Below are positions 63,104-64,000 of a DNA stretch of 64,000 nucleotides, piece by piece. A model generated the notes under the pieces. It was not told the origin of the DNA. It did no database searches and was given only the letters and a program-made list of their open reading frames with translations. Positions within the stretch are counted from its first letter, which is position 1. Each line of letters starts with the position of its first letter. This DNA comes from an uncultured Actinomycetota bacterium (GTDB lineage Bacteria; Actinomycetota; Actinomycetes; Propionibacteriales; Nocardioidaceae): positions 57,227 through 121,226 of the forward strand of contig CAWDAE010000009.1 in NCBI GenBank assembly GCA_963800245.1. Direction: 5' to 3'. Made by a program: the position numbers and the translations under genes.

Positions 63104-64000
63104 TCAGCCCTGCAGGTCCAGCACCGTCCCCCGGATCTCGCGGATCGCCGCGTCCAGGGCCTCCACCGCGCTGTCCAGGCCGTCCCCGACCCGGTCCGGC
63201 GGCGCGACCCGCACGGTCTGCAGCAGCAGACCGGCGGCGAAGAGCCGCTGGACGATCGTGTCGTGCAGCTCGCGCGCGATCCGCTCCCGCTCCGTCACCA
63301 CCGCCAGCTTCTCGCGGTCCCGCACCGCCTGCGCGCGGTCGAGCGCCAGGCCCGCCTGGTCGGCGTACGCCGCAAGCAGGTCGTGCTCCTGCCCGTGCCG
63401 GTCGCGGTCGGGCGGCATGACCAGCACCAACGCACTCGGCTCGGTGAGCCGCCCGCCGAGGGGGACGACGGCGAGCTCCGGGTGGACGGCGACCGGCTCG
63501 GCGGCCCACGCCGCCACCACCGCCTCCTGCAGGCTGCTCTCGGGCACCAGGTCGGCCGGTCCGTCGTACGTCCGGACCGTGGGCGGGCCCTCGTGGGGCA
63601 GCCCGACGACCGCGGCCGCGCGGGCGCCCGAGGCCGCGCGGGCCCGGCGCGTCACCTGCGCGAGGGCCCACTCGAGGGGGAACTCCTCGGCCAGCGCGCG
63701 GGCCAGGTCGGTCGCCGCCTCGAGCCAGCGGCGGCGACGCTCGACCAGCACGTCCGCGCGCCTGTGGCCGATGACCAGCCCGGCGGTGTCGGCGAGGAGC
63801 CGGGCCACCGACTCGTCGTCGTCGGTGAACCCGGCGCCGGCGTGCTCGCCGGTGAGGTAGAGCCGCGCGTAGTCCGTGCCGCCGACCTGCACCGGCACGA
63901 CCAGGAGCGCACCGTGGCGCCCGTCGGCGACCCGCTCCCACACCTCGGCCTCCGACCCCGAGGTGACGAAGCGCAGCACCTCGCCCTTGTCGCCGAGCAG
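63104..64000 (-). CDS. GAF-domain sensor with HisKA_3 H-box but no HATPase_c domain (DevS/DosT-like, truncated; N-terminus outside window)
   Basis: The ORF is open to the window edge. GAF-like VPVQVGGTDYARLYLTGEHAGAGFTDDDESVARLLADTAG. H-box ERERIARELHDTIVQRLFAAGL. It ends ...AIREIRGTVLDLQG followed by TGA at 63104-63106. Confidence 0.75.
   Translation of the reverse strand: MLGDKGEVLRFVTSGSEAEVWERVADGRHGALLVVPVQVGGTDYARLYLTGEHAGAGFTDDDESVARLLADTAGLVIGHRRADVLVERRRRWLEAATDLARALAEEFPLEWALAQVTRRARAASGARAAAVVGLPHEGPPTVRTYDGPADLVPESSLQEAVVAAWAAEPVAVHPELAVVPLGGRLTEPSALVLVMPPDRDRHGQEHDLLAAYADQAGLALDRAQAVRDREKLAVVTERERIARELHDTIVQRLFAAGLLLQTVRVAPPDRVGDGLDSAVEALDAAIREIRGTVLDLQG

Overview
High-GC, Actinomycetota-type chromosomal segment, read by eye only. 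No searches were run, and homology calls rest on recognisable motifs. Many long ORFs in the six-frame track are GC artefacts (overlapping or antisense frames), so I chose frames by protein-like sequence, RBS and start context, and 4-nt GTGA/ATGA gene junctions.

Layout:
- 1-25.1 kb is core. It holds a CHAT fragment, cysS-rlmB, an acyl-CoA dehydrogenase, malic enzyme, a translationally coupled ECF-sigma/anti-sigma/ABC operon, a SodC-like protein, an LLM oxidoreductase, a sulfotransferase, an orphan phage-tail-sheath gene, a DHA2 MFS transporter, a heavily frameshifted thioredoxin/NHL gene, aroQ, an FAD-monooxygenase/Mut7-C/Sir2 operon and yajQ.
- 25.1-46.2 kb is a ~21-kb island inserted at tRNA-Tyr. 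It starts with an Xis-like HTH protein and a 732-aa tyrosine integrase. Cargo comprises a MerR-prfC-MFS cassette (prfC and the MFS gene frameshifted), SulP, a 1,066-aa serine-recombinase-like protein, and a frameshifted coiled-coil PD-(D/E)xK protein. It also carries a Cys/His protein with DUF488, and a kinase / small protein / PRTase-like / wHTH cassette.
- 46.2-64 kb is core. It holds a CsoR/CstR-type sulfide-detoxification cluster with four ATACCC-N4-GGGTAT boxes, a VOC protein, an Acg-type nitroreductase, cydABDC (cydA and cydD frameshifted), devR, and a convergent GAF/H-box sensor that lacks an ATPase domain.

The best candidates for an undescribed system are the distal island modules (35.5-46 kb) and the orphan sheath. 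About 15 single-nucleotide frameshifts at short G/C runs hit seven genes. They may be assembly errors, so every pseudogene call carries that caveat.
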